This document shows, one piece after another, positions 36,491-48,208 of a DNA stretch of 50,843 nt (positions are counted from its first letter, which is position 1; every line of letters begins with the position of its first letter). This DNA is from Macrostomum lignano (Eukaryota). Location of the stretch: contig NIVC01004313.1 in assembly GCA_002269645.1 (NCBI GenBank), positions 1 to 50,843 on the forward strand, given 5' to 3'. The notes beneath the pieces were generated by a model. The model saw only the letters and a list, made by a program, of their open reading frames with translations. It was not told the DNA's origin and did not search any database. The position numbers were made by a program, and so were the translations under genes.

Positions 36491-39400
36491 TCAGATTCCC
36501 ATGAGCCATAGCCTTTCAGATTCCCATGAGCCATAGCCTTTCAGATTCCCCTAATGATCCATAGCCTTTCAGATTCCCCTAATGATCCATAGCCTTTCAG
36601 ATTCCCCTAATGATCCATAGCCTTTCAGATTCCCCTAATGAGCCATAGCCTTTCAGATTCCCCTAATGATCCATAGCCTTTCAGATTCCCCTAATGATCC
36701 ATAGCCTTTCAGATTCCCCTAATGAGCCATAGCCTTTCAGATTCCCCTAATGATCCATAGCATTTCAGATTCCCATGAGCCATAGCATTTCAGATTCCCC
36801 TAATGAGCCATAGCCTTTCAGATTCCCCTAATGATCCATAGCATTTCAGATTCCCATGAGCCATAGCATTTCAGATTCCCATGAGCCATAGCATTTCAGA
36901 TTCCCATGAGCCATAGCATTTCAGATTCCCCTAATGAGCCATAGCCTTTCAGATTCCCCTAATGAGCCATAGCCTTTCAGATTCCCCTAATGATCCATAG
37001 CATTTCAGATTCCCATGAGCCATAGCATTTCAGATTCCCCTAATGAGCCATAGCCTTTCAGATTCCCCTAATGATCCATAGCATTTCAGATTCCCATGAG
37101 CCATAGCATTTCAGATTCCCCTAATGAGCCATAGCCTTTCAGATTCCCCTAATGATCCATAGCATTTCAGATTCCCATGAGCCATAGCATTTCAGATTCC
37201 CATGAGCCATAGCATTTCAGATTCCCATGAGCCATAGCATTTCAGATTCCCATGAGCCATAGCATTTCAGATTCCCATGAGCCATAGCATTTCAGATTCC
37301 CCTAATGAGCCATAGCCTTTCAGATTCCCCTAATGAGCCATAGCCTTTCAGATTCCCCTAATGAGCCATAGCCTTTCAGATTCCCCTAATGATCCATAGC
37401 ATTTCAGATTCTCATGAGCCATAGCATTTCAGATTCCCCTAATGAGCCATAGCCTTTCAGATTCAACTAATGATCCATAGCATTTCAGATTCCCCTAATG
37501 AGCCATAGCATTTCAGATTCCCATGAGCCATAGCATTTCAGATTCCCCCATGAGCCATAGCATTTCAGATTCCCCTAATGATCCATAGCCTTTCAGATTC
37601 CCCTAATGAGCCATAGCCTTTCAGATTCCCCTAATGATCCATAGCCTTTCAGATTCCCCTAATGATCCATAGCCTTTCAGATTCCCCTAATGAGCCATAG
37701 CCTTTCAGATTCCCCTAATGATCCATAGCATTTCAGATTCCCATGAGCCATAGCATTTCAGATTCCCCTAATGAGCCATAGCCTTTCAGATTCCCCTAAT
37801 GATCCATAGCATTTCAGATTCCCATGAGCCATAGCATTTCAGATTCCCATGAGCCATAGCATTTCAGATTCCCATGAGCCATAGCATTTCAGATTCCCCT
37901 AATGAGCCATAGCCTTTCAGATTCCCCTAATGAGCCATAGCCTTTCAGATTCCCCTAATGATCCATAGCATTTCAGATTCCCATGAGCCATAGCATTTCA
38001 GATTCCCCTAATGAGCCATAGCCTTTCAGATTCCCCTAATGATCCATAGCATTTCAGATTCCCATGAGCCATAGCATTTCAGATTCCCCTAATGAGCCAT
38101 AGCCTTTCAGATTCCCCTAATGATCCATAGCATTTCAGATTCCCATGAGCCATAGCATTTCAGATTCCCATGAGCCATAGCATTTCAGATTCCCATGAGC
38201 CATAGCATTTCAGATTCCCCTAATGAGCCATAGCCTTTCAGATTCCCCTAATGAGCCATAGCCTTTCAGATTCCCCTAATGATCCATAGCATTTCAGATT
38301 CCCATGAGCCATAGCATTTCAGATTCCCCTAATGAGCCATAGCCTTTCAGATTCCCCTAATGATCCATAGCATTTCAGATTCCCATGAGCCATAGCATTT
38401 CAGATTCCCCTAATGAGCCATAGCCTTTCAGATTCCCATGATCCATAGCATTTCAGATTCCCATGAGCCATAGCATTTCAGATTCCCATGAGCCATAGCA
38501 TTTCAGATTCCCATGAGCCATAGCATTTCAGATTCCCATGAGCCATAGCATTTCAGATTCCCATGAGCCATAGCATTTCAGATTCCCCTAATGAGCCATA
38601 GCCTTTCAGATTCCCCTAATGAGCCATAGCCTTTCAGATTCCCCTAATGAGCCATAGCCTTTCAGATTCCCCTAATGATCCATAGCATTTCAGATTCTCA
38701 TGAGCCATAGCATTTCAGATTCCCCTAATGAGCCATAGCCTTTCAGATTCAACTAATGATCCATAGCATTTCAGATTCCCCTAATGAGCCATAGCATTTC
38801 AGATTCCCATGAGCCATAGCATTTCAGATTCCCCCATGAGCCATAGCATTTCAGATTCCCCTAATGAGCCATAGCCTTTCAGATTCCCCTAATGATCCAT
38901 AGCCTTTCAGATTCCCCTAATGATCCATAGCCTTTCAGATTCCCCTAATGTGCCATAGCCTTTCAGATTCCCCTAATGAGCCATAGCCTTTCAGATTCCC
39001 CTAATGATCCATAGCATTTCAGATTCCCATGAGCCATAGCATTTCAGATTCCCATGAGCCATAGCATTTCAGATTCCCCCATGAGCCATAGCATTTCAGA
39101 TTCCCCTAATGAGCCATAGCCTTTCAGATTCCCCTAATGATCCATAGCCTTTCAGATTCCCCTAATGATCCATAGCCTTTCAGATTCTCCTAATGAGCCA
39201 TAGCCTTTCAGATTCCCATGAGCCATAGCATTTCAGATTCCCATGAGCCATAGCCTTTCAGATTCCCATGAGCCATAGCATTTGATCAGATTCCCATGAT
39301 CCATAGCCTTTCAGATTCCCCTAATGAGCCATAGCCTTTCAGATTCCCCTAATGATCCATAGCATTTCAGATTCCCATGAGCCATAGCATTTCAGATTCC

Positions 39401-40335
39401 CCTAATGAGCCATAGCCTTTCAGATTCCCCTAATGATCCATAGCATTTCAGATTCCCATGAGCCATAGCATTTCAGATTCCCATGAGCCATAGCATTTCA
39501 GATTCCCATGAGCCATAGCATTTCAGATTCCCATGAGCCATAGCATTTCAGATTCCCATGAGCCATAGCATTTCAGATTCCCCTAATGAGCCATAGCCTT
39601 TCAGATTCCCCTAATGAGCCATAGCCTTTCAGATTCCCCTAATGAGCCATAGCCTTTCAGATTCCCCTAATGATCCATAGCATTTCAGATTCTCATGAGC
39701 CATAGCATTTCAGATTCCCCTAATGAGCCATAGCCTTTCAGATTCAACTAATGATCCATAGCATTTCAGATTCCCATGAGCCATAGCATTTCAGATTCCC
39801 ATGAGCCATAGCATTTCAGATTCCCCATGAGCCATAGCATTTCAGATTCCCCTAATGAGCCATAGCCTTTCAGATTCCCCTAATGATCCATAGCCTTTCA
39901 GATTCCCCTAATGATCCATAGCCTTTCAGATTCCCCTAATGTGCCATAGCCTTTCAGATTCCCCTAATGAGCCATAGCCTTTCAGATTCCCCTAATGATC
40001 CATAGCATTTCAGATTCCCATGAGCCATAGCATTTCAGATTCCCATGAGCCATAGCATTTCAGATTCCCCCATGAGCCATAGCATTTCAGATTCCCCTAA
40101 TGAGCCATAGCCTTTCAGATTCCCCTAATGATCCATAGCCTTTCAGATTCCCCTAATGATCCATAGCCTTTCAGATTCCCCTAATGAGCCATAGCCTTTC
40201 AGATTCCCATGAGCCATAGCATTTCAGATTCCCATGAGCCATAGCCTTTCAGATTCCCATGAGCCATAGCATTTGATCAGATTCCCATGATCCATAGCCT
40301 TTCAGATTCCCCCATGAGCCATAGCATTTTAGATT
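36487..40335. repeat. 3.85-kb satellite of 25-bp and 28-bp units TTCAGATTCCC(CTA)ATGA(G/T)CCATAGC(A/C)T (~145 copies)
   Basis: Direct reading; rare variants recur at ~991-bp spacing. Confidence 0.97.
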
Positions 40336-40914
40336 CCTCCTCAAATGAGCCAGACAGGCAATTACTTGATAAAGTCAAACCAAGTTTAACAATTCTGATC
40401 TTTACTGCATGGAAGTCAATGTTCAAGCATGATTTATTCGTATTGAAATGGACCCACTCTGTAAGGCAGCTGTCTAGAAAGAGTGAAGCAAGCGATCTAT
40501 TAAATGCTCTACTTGATCTATAGGCGCAGATTAGCTTCGGGTTTGATCAGAGATCCCGGGAATTTCAGTCCCAGCGCAAAAAATACCCGCTTTTTGTATC
40601 TTTCTGTCACAAAGATGCTGAGAAAAAAAGGCTAACAAACAAGCTAGTTGCTTGTCTTTAATTCAAGTGCAATTAGTTTTATATATGACTTTTCCAGGCA
40701 ATTCAAATTATCTGTCCGAGTCAATGAGTTCATTGTAATCAAACAGCTGTCAGTTTTCCTTTCCTAGTGACTTTGATGGACTCTTCGACGATCTGAAATT
40801 GTGGATTAAGATTGACAAATTTTCATGCTAAAGATAGAACAGCGGATGTCTGAAAAAACTATATGATGATCAAAAGATAGATAACGTGCACACTGGCATT
40901 CAGATGAAAGATGG

Positions 40915-41665
40915 GCTGACATGCAAGCAAGTAGATGGAAGACAGACTGACATGCAAGCAAGTAGATGGAAGACAGACTGACATGCAAGCAAGTATAATA
41001 GATGGAAGACAGACTGACATGCAAGCAAGTAGGTGGAAGACAGACTGACATGCAAGCAAGTAGGTGGAAGACAGACTGACATGCAAGCAAGTATAATAGA
41101 TGGAAGACAGACTGACATGCAAGCAAGTAGATGGAAGACAGACTGAAATGCAAGCAAGTAGATGGAAGACAGACTGACATGCAAGCAAGTAGATGGAAGA
41201 CAGACTGACATGCAAGCAAGTAGATGGAAGACAGACTGAAATGCAAGCAAGTAGATGGAAGACAGACTGACATGCAAGCAAGTAGATGGAAGACAGACTG
41301 ACATGCAAGTAGATGGAAGACAGACTGAAATGCAAGCAAGTAGATGGAAGACAGACTGACATGCAAGCAAGTAGATGGAAGACAGACTGACATGCAAGCA
41401 AGTAGATGGAAGACAGACTGACATGCAAGCAAGTAGATGGAAGACAGACTGACATGCAAGCAAGTAGATGGAAGACAGACTGACATGCAAGCAAGTATAA
41501 TAGATGGAGGACAGACTGACATGTAAGCAAGTAGATGGAAGACAGACTGACATGCAAGCAAGTAGATGGAAGACAGACTGACATGCAAGCAAGTAGATGG
41601 AAGACAGACTGACATGCAAGCAAGTAGATGGAAGACAGAATGACATGCAAGCAAGTAGATGTAGA
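40915..41665. repeat. 31-bp minisatellite GACATGCAAGCAAGTAGATGGAAGACAGACT (~24 copies; 27- and 36-bp variants)
   Basis: Direct reading; begins about 60 bp past the WSC stop codon. Confidence 0.95.
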
Positions 41666-41726
41666 CATGCAGGCAGTGAGGTGGACTGTTGCCACAAAAC
41701 AGCGCAGCATCAGCTTGGCTCACAGC

Positions 41727-44700
41727 TCAGAGGCCTGTCGCGTAGACTTCGTTTCTCCAGTGATTCCCGCAAGTCTGCTTTTTGTCCCCAGCACACGCTA
41801 GTGAGCACTCGGAGTCTGCAACTTGGCCATGCCGGCCAAAGGTGTTGCCACAATGGCACCAATCAGTAGCTTGCACTCCTGCAAACCGATACCCGCGTTC
41901 TTTGCAGAGCGACACGCAGTATTCTGGTTTCACATAATTCGATTTCTTGAAAAATTCGTCTAGATCTCTTTCAGCACTGTCCACAAAGCAGCCAAGTCGC
42001 ATGAGGCCTGTGAAAATTGAACAGAGTCGTTTGAGAAATTATGGCACTTGTTGTGTATGAACTTAAGTTCTATGGTTTATGGGTGAAGCCTTATTCATAT
42101 TTTAAGTATAGCAGCCAGCTACTTCGCTGCTGAAAATATACGCGCTGCATGCATCTACGATCTCTTCCTAACTCGGCACCTTGCATTCGTCTTCGTTACT
42201 ACGAAAAGTAAAACATGGCGACGAGGAAAATTTAATTCGCCGCGGGACGATACTGCAGTCACCAAATCTTCATCCCGATGTCTTCCGGACTCGACTTCCG
42301 ACTGGGGGAGATGCCGCCGTGCTACCCCGATGTCGAACAGTATTTCAAGCGCCTCGGTTTTTACATTAGCGCAACGGAAAAGAATGACCAGAGCAAAGCC
42401 GTTCTACTTGCTACTTGTGGAGATGCCGCATTTTCACTGATTGAGACACTTGTGCAGCCAGAAGACATTTTAAACGATACAAAGTGTACGTTCGATTTCA
42501 TCAAAGAAGCGGTACTGAGCCACTTGAAACCCAATTGCCTTCTTCACTACGACAGACATCTGCTACATACCATGGTCCAAATACAGGGTGAGTCGGTGAC
42601 AAAGTTTTTGGAGAGACTGAAGACACAGGCCAACAAATGCGAATTCTGCAACCTGCGAGAAGAGTTAATTCTTTCTCAGTATATTTTCGGACTGGCTGAT
42701 AATTCTCTGAAGCAAAAATTACTTGTGAAGGAAAAGCTGGATCTAGAGACTGCGGTTAAGGATAGTCTCTTATCGGAGTCCGTATCTCAAGCTACTGATT
42801 CGAGCAAAACCGTCGCAGCAGTGCAGAAAACCACTCACAAGAAGACCGGCAGCAACCAAAAAGTATCCAACGGTATCCAGGCCAATGCCAACAACGCCGA
42901 ATCATTCTAAGTCTAGCTGCCATTCCTGTGGTAACCCGGGTCATCTTAGAAATACCTGCAAGTTCCGCAATGCGATATGTCACAAGTGCGGAAAAACCGG
43001 GCACATTGCCAGAGCATGCAGGTCCAACATCGGTGCCAGCAAGAAAGTCACGTACGCGGAAGTTGAAGCAACCGACGCTGATCCACTGCACCTGATTCAG
43101 CTGTGTACTCGGTGATCAAGGCTACTCCATGCGACGAACTCTGGAAAATAGTCTGCACGATCGGTGATTCCACAGTCCATATGTGCGTCGACTCTGGTAG
43201 TCAAGTAACAATTTTGCCAGTAACCATCGTAGAGCAAGCCGGATTGCACATGGTTGACGCGGACATTCGATCACTCAAAGTTTTCGGGGGAGCTTCAGTT
43301 TCCGTACGATGCATGGCTAAGGACGTCACGATTGAGCTGAGAAACGGCAAAACGGCATGCGGAGACATATATGTCGGGGACCCATCCAGTCAAGCCATTT
43401 TGGGAATAAATTTTATTCGTGCCTTCAACCTATTGACGGTAGACGAATTTCTGTGCCATCCAGTGCAGTGTGATGAAAATTCAAGATTCCAGGCCAGCTT
43501 TCGCCTGAAGGACGGGGCCTCTACCGATGGAATGTGCTTTCCTGCCAGATCCCTTCCGTTCTCAATTAAAACTTTGGTTGAACTGGAGCTGAAAAGACTG
43601 GAAAGTGCAGGTATCATCTACCCAGTTCACTCGCCTAAGGTATCGTGCCCTATTATTCCTGTGTTGAAACCAGAAGGATCAAAGAGACCCATTAGACTGT
43701 GTGGAGACTATTCAGTCACTCTCAACAGACTGATCGACTGAGATCGATATCGACTGCCAACTTTGAAAGAAATCCTTCAAAAGATCCCAAATTCGAAAGT
43801 GTATTCAGTGCTCGACCTCGAAGACGCATTCTTGCAGATTCCCCTAACGCCAGAAAGTCAGGGTCTTACGTGTATTTCCACCCACGTAGGACATTTTGCC
43901 TTCCGCAAGTTACAATTTGGGATATCGGCAGCACCACTGATATTTCAGGAAGTTATGGATATCTTGCTCAAAGGAATACCAGGCACTGCTTCTTATCAGG
44001 ACGACATCATTCTAGGCACTGAAACAGTGGAGCAGCATCGACAGATCCTGGTGCAAGTCAACGAAAAACTGAAAAAGCATGGATTCAAGATCAATGAGCG
44101 TAAGACTCAGGAGTGCAAGAAAGAAGTCACATTTCTGGGATTTCTCCTCCGAGATGGGAAACTTTTGCCTGATCCGGCAAGAGTGGAAGCTCTATCCAAC
44201 TTGTCAGAGCCAAAAGACCGGGATCAATTGAGAAGTGCTATATGCACCTTAAGACACTACGGGATTTTTTGTCGGAACTTCTCTATGATCGCCAAGCCGC
44301 TCTATTACCTCCTAAAGAAAGGGGTTCAGTGGAAATGGACTGTCGTTCACTCAAGTGCGTTCTCCCAACTGAAAGCTGCTGTAACGGAAGGTCGAATCGT
44401 TTCTTATGATATAAAAAGGCCGTTGTTTCTAACCTGCGACGCTTCTCAGAGTGGAGTCGGATTTGTGCTGTCCCACGACACGAACCAAAAAGAAGTTGTA
44501 TGGCTGGGGAGCAGAGTTTTGACCAAGGCTGAGGCCAACTACGCTAACATTGAGCGGGAGGCTCTTGCAATTATCGAGGGTGTAAAATATTTTCATCAAT
44601 TTCTGGCAGGCCGTCATTTTACAATCATCTCTGATCACAGACCTTTGCAGTACATCTTCTCTACAACGAAAGTTCCTGACCGAGTTTCTGCGAGACTCCA

Positions 44701-46440
44701 GAGATGGGCATTGCTGCTCAGATCCTATGACTACACTGTCACTTACTCAAAAGGAGACACCATGCTCGCAGCAGATACTCTGTCCAGAATTCCTTCAACA
44801 AACGCTTCTACTTCGTTTTCAAATTTTGATGTCAATCTGCTGGAGGTAAACTCTCTCGTAGAATTTTCTTCTTCTGGGACAATTCTTCGGCGTGTCGCCA
44901 ACACCAGAGACCCTGAAATTGATACTATCAAGAAGTTTGTTACTCAAGGTTGGCCAAGCTACATTTCTAAACAGCTGCTTCCGTACACCAAATCCAAGGC
45001 GGAATACTCCATTCAAAACGGGATTCTGTTCAAAGGGGTCCGAATCGTGCCTCCAAAGTCCATGCGCAGAGAAATTCTTCAAATTCTTCACGAGAATCAT
45101 CCGGGCATTGTGCGCATGATCATACTAGCTCGAGAGTACTTCTGGTGGCCTTACATTGACGCCCAGATCAATAGCTTCGTTCAAAGGTGTCCTTCCTGCC
45201 AACTAAATTCGAGAAAGCGAACAAATGCAAATCTGCATTCATGGGAGGATTCAAAGTTCTTCTTCGAACGTGTTCATCTGGACATAGCATACTTCAAGGA
45301 GAAACACTTCTTGGTTCTCATCGACTCCTTCTCTCGGTGGATTGATGTACATCAGCTGTCAAATCTGACAGCCAACTCTCTTATTCCAGCATGCAGACGA
45401 ACATTTAAGTACATGGGACTTCTAACGTGCATTGTGACTGACAATGGAACCAATTTTCGATCAAAAGAGTTCGCAGAATTTCTCAAGAAGAATCTAATTA
45501 ACCATGTCCTAACACCACCTGGTCATCACCAGTCAAATGGGATTGTGGAGAGAGCTATCCAAGAGTTGAAAGTGACTCTGAAGCAGAACAGTAATGACAT
45601 AGGTTCCGAATGTGAGAAGGTGTTGATATCATTCTGCCTTTCGAAGAACACTACACCGAATTCCGAAGGAGCGATTCCTGCTGCACAACTGTTAATGCAA
45701 CGCCCAAGAACGCGCCTCACTGCAACCTTTACAGAATGGGACAAACCGCTAACTACCCCAATTCCTGTCTACATCAACGTAGAAGGAAAGTCAGACAAGG
45801 TCCCAGAAGAAATCCAAGGACTTCATGGATCAAATACCTACTTGGAAAGCAAAGGACGGGTTGTCCATGCATCTGATGCAACGCCAAGGACTACAGAGAA
45901 CTCACAAGAGATTACCTCGCCTAGACCTGCCCATGTTGGCAGCAGCAAGGAGAAGGAAGTGGAGACTACGACTCCTGCTGAAGTGGAGACAACCAGCGAT
46001 CAAAGTCCCGAGTACCAAGTTTCTCGTCGAAGTCAGAGGCTCCGAAAAGCCCCTGATTGGCTGACCTATTTCTGATTTATTTGATCGTTAGACAAAATAG
46101 AAAACAGTCATTTATTTCTCTCCAGGTTAATTGCTAAAATGTGGGGGTGTTGTGTATGAACTTAAGTTCTATGGTTTATGGGTGAAGCCTTATTCATATT
46201 TTAAGTATAGCAGCCAGCTACTTCGCTGCTGAAAATATACGCGCTGCATGCATCTACGATCTCTTCCTAACTCGGCACCTTGCATTCGTCTTCGTTACTA
46301 CGAAAAGTACAACAGCACAATGAAAAATGACAATAAAGAACACTATTACCGGTCTTCCGTTTCGTTGTCGCCGCGCCGCAGAAGCCAGCCAGAGCGACGC
46401 TCAGAACAACTACAAGTAGAGCCAGTCGAGTCAGAGGCAT
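41727..46440 (-). CDS. Small secreted single-WSC-domain protein, 2 exons: 46440-46350, 42007-41727; 123 aa
   Basis: Exon 1 is a signal peptide [23 protein letters not shown] with a GTAAT donor. Exon 2 follows a TTTTCACAG acceptor in phase 1 and reads LGCFVD...[16 protein letters not shown]...CHCGN...ECSLACAGD...TCG, with the 8 WSC cysteines. The intron holds a Gypsy element. Confidence 0.85.
42049..42215 (+). repeat. 5' LTR
   Basis: Direct repeat of 46148-46314. Confidence 0.97.
42216..42227 (+). promoter_or_regulatory. Primer-binding site TGGCGACGAGGA (complementary to the tRNA-Ser(GCU) 3' end)
   Basis: Immediately follows the LTR CA. Animal tRNA-Ser(GCU) ends ...UCCUCGUCGCCA, recalled from established sequences. 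Confidence 0.75.
42278..43115 (+). CDS. gag: Gypsy gag (capsid-like ORF 42278-42910; two CCHC knuckles in shifted frame 42885-43115)
   Basis: [19 protein letters not shown], then [14 protein letters not shown] and [14 protein letters not shown]. Confidence 0.85.
43103..46075 (+). CDS. pol: Gypsy pol (protease-RT-RNase H-integrase) with one in-frame TGA at 43739-43741
   Basis: VDSGSQVT; LNRLID*DRYRLP; [10 protein letters not shown]; SYQDD; CDAS; ERE; DHRPL; H-H-C-C; D..TDNGTNF..NGIVER. Confidence 0.93.
46148..46314 (+). repeat. 3' LTR, preceded by polypurine-like tract AAAATGTGGGGG
   Basis: Direct repeat of 42049-42215. Confidence 0.97.
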
Positions 46441-46553
46441 GTCGCAGGTTGTGCCTTTTTGGTAGAAAAGTTCTGCTTTAATTTTCGATAGATCGCGCAG
46501 CTTTGAGTCTCTTCTACTAGTCGAACTCTGACGATCTCGAAAATTTAGTTTTA

Positions 46554-47507
46554 CGAGGGGCATTCAAAAAGTTTTGGCAACTGCATATGCAGATATACTT
46601 TGGTTCAAGCAAAATGCACTAAATTTTAGGAATGTCTTTAGTAACATGCCTGATACCAACGTATAAACTTTCAGCTCAATAGCTTCACCCGTTATTGCAC
46701 AATTCACAGCTAACCATAACTAAGTTTCAGCTTCTGACATAATATGGAAAATATCAGCTCAGAAAATGCGCGCTTCTACATCTTCATACGCGTACAACTT
46801 GGAGAAAATGCCACCAAAATTCATGCCGACTTAGCACAGGTGATAGGGGATCAAGCTCCATCTTATAGAACTGTTGCGCGATGGATTGAGGCTTTTGGCG
46901 CCGGCAGGAGCAGCCTCAGTGACAACCCTCGATCTGGGAGGCCGAGCACAGCCGTGACCAAGAGCAACATTGACACTGTGCAATCGCTGGTGGCTGAGGA
47001 CCCAAACATTTCTGTTGCCATACTGAGCCAGACACTTGGCATATCTGATAGCAGCGTTTTCACCATCCTGCATGATCAGCTGGGTCTCAGAAAAATCACA
47101 GCTCGTTGGGTGCCACATCAGCTCACTGAGGAGCAGCGCCAGGAGCGGGTTCGCTGCAGTCAGGAGTTCTTGCGCTGCTTTGGTTCTGGCGGCACCAAGC
47201 GCCTCTCTGACATCGTCACATCGGACTTAGCTCCGTGCGACTTCTGGGCCTTCCCGAAATTGACGGAGAGGCTGGCTGGGCGCCGATTTCAGAGGCCGCA
47301 AGACCTGGCCCGCGCTATCAATTCAGAGTTGAGGGCATTCACTGAATCGGAGTACCGTGGCGCCTTTGATTCGTGGATACGGAGGCATCAGAAGTGCATA
47401 GAGCGCGGCGGAGACTACATAGAAGGACTGTAAACCCTTACTTTTAGAATAATAAGCTTCCACTAGATTTTAGTCGCCTGTTGCCAAAACTTTTTGAATG
47501 CCCCTCG
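46554..47507 (+). mobile_element. Mariner DNA transposon, internally deleted (954 bp)
   Basis: Perfect 28-bp TIRs CGAGGGGCATTCAAAAAGTTTTGGCAAC with TA on both sides. The TIR start resembles irritans-subfamily (Hsmar2-type) ends, from recall. Confidence 0.95.
46744..47433 (+). CDS. Mariner transposase, 229 aa, with an in-frame deletion of most of the catalytic domain
   Basis: HTH region, RSGRP and WVPHQL are present. IVT is fused directly to SDLAPCDFWAF, so the DETW and HDNA blocks are absent. Confidence 0.9.
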   Translation: MENISSENARFYIFIRVQLGENATKIHADLAQVIGDQAPSYRTVARWIEAFGAGRSSLSDNPRSGRPSTAVTKSNIDTVQSLVAEDPNISVAILSQTLGISDSSVFTILHDQLGLRKITARWVPHQLTEEQRQERVRCSQEFLRCFGSGGTKRLSDIVTSDLAPCDFWAFPKLTERLAGRRFQRPQDLARAINSELRAFTESEYRGAFDSWIRRHQKCIERGGDYIEGL

Positions 47508-48092
47508 TATATAGTGCTTTCCTGCTTCGCTACTTACTCTCTAGCTAAAACTTTTCTTTTTTCTTTAGGAATTTCATGGTGTCAGCAGAAATTTCTTGTA
47601 GCTCTGACTCAATGAAAGAATTTATTGAAAAAAAAAATTTGCAGGAAAAGTTTTAATTAGAATATGGTCCTTGATAGAAAAATTATTTAAAACTTTTTAT
47701 GCAGTAATGCTTTGAATTTAATTAAATTACGGGCTCGTACGTAGTGGTTACACTCTACGCAGCCTTCTTGGGTTAATAAATGAATCAAATCAACTGTTTC
47801 TCTCGGAGTAATTCTTCCTGCTTGCATGATTCAGCATTTGATATGCGAGGACGGTCCAAGTCTTGGTTGCAAAAGTGCACCAGGTATTCAATAGTACCAG
47901 GCACCGATGCAAAATTCATCGATCGCGTTGGTCGCCAGCGGTTTGCGCAGCTAAATAAGACTGCTTGTGTGTCACCTCAAGTTTCCATCCTAATTCTCGG
48001 AATGCTACTCAGCAAGCAAAAGCTGAGGACACGACCCCGATAATGTACAAGTAAGCTATATAAACCCTTGTAAAATCAAAATGCCTCACTTG

Positions 48093-48208
48093 CATTTGCT
48101 TGCCTCCCTCTTTGCCTCTCTCGCGGTTTGGCCTTGTGTGACGACTTCCCTCCCATTTGCTTGCCTCCCTCTTTGCCTCTCTCGCGGTTTGGCCTTGTGT
48201 GACGACTT
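48093..48208. repeat. Two-copy 55-bp direct repeat (61-bp period)
   Basis: CATTTGCTTGCCTCCCTCTTTGCCTCTCTCGCGGTTTGGCCTTGTGTGACGACTT at 48093 and 48154. Confidence 0.9.

Larger units (their letters stand above)
42049..46314 (+). mobile_element. Full-length Ty3/Gypsy LTR retrotransposon (Mag-like by architecture), 4266 bp
   Basis: 167-bp LTRs (TG...CA) at 42049-42215 and 46148-46314 differ at one base. PBS and PPT are present. Flanks GCACT/GCACA. Domain order gag, 2x CCHC, protease (DSG), RT (YQDD), RNase H (CDAS), integrase (HHCC, D-D35-E). Confidence 0.97.

Noticed and set aside
42216-42227. tRNA gene
   Set aside because: Only a 12-nt primer-binding complement; no cloverleaf.
42885-43741. 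Programmed frameshift or readthrough in the Gypsy element
   Set aside because: The first shift lies before the zinc knuckles, I see no slippery heptamer, and the TGA falls inside RT rather than at a gag-pol boundary.
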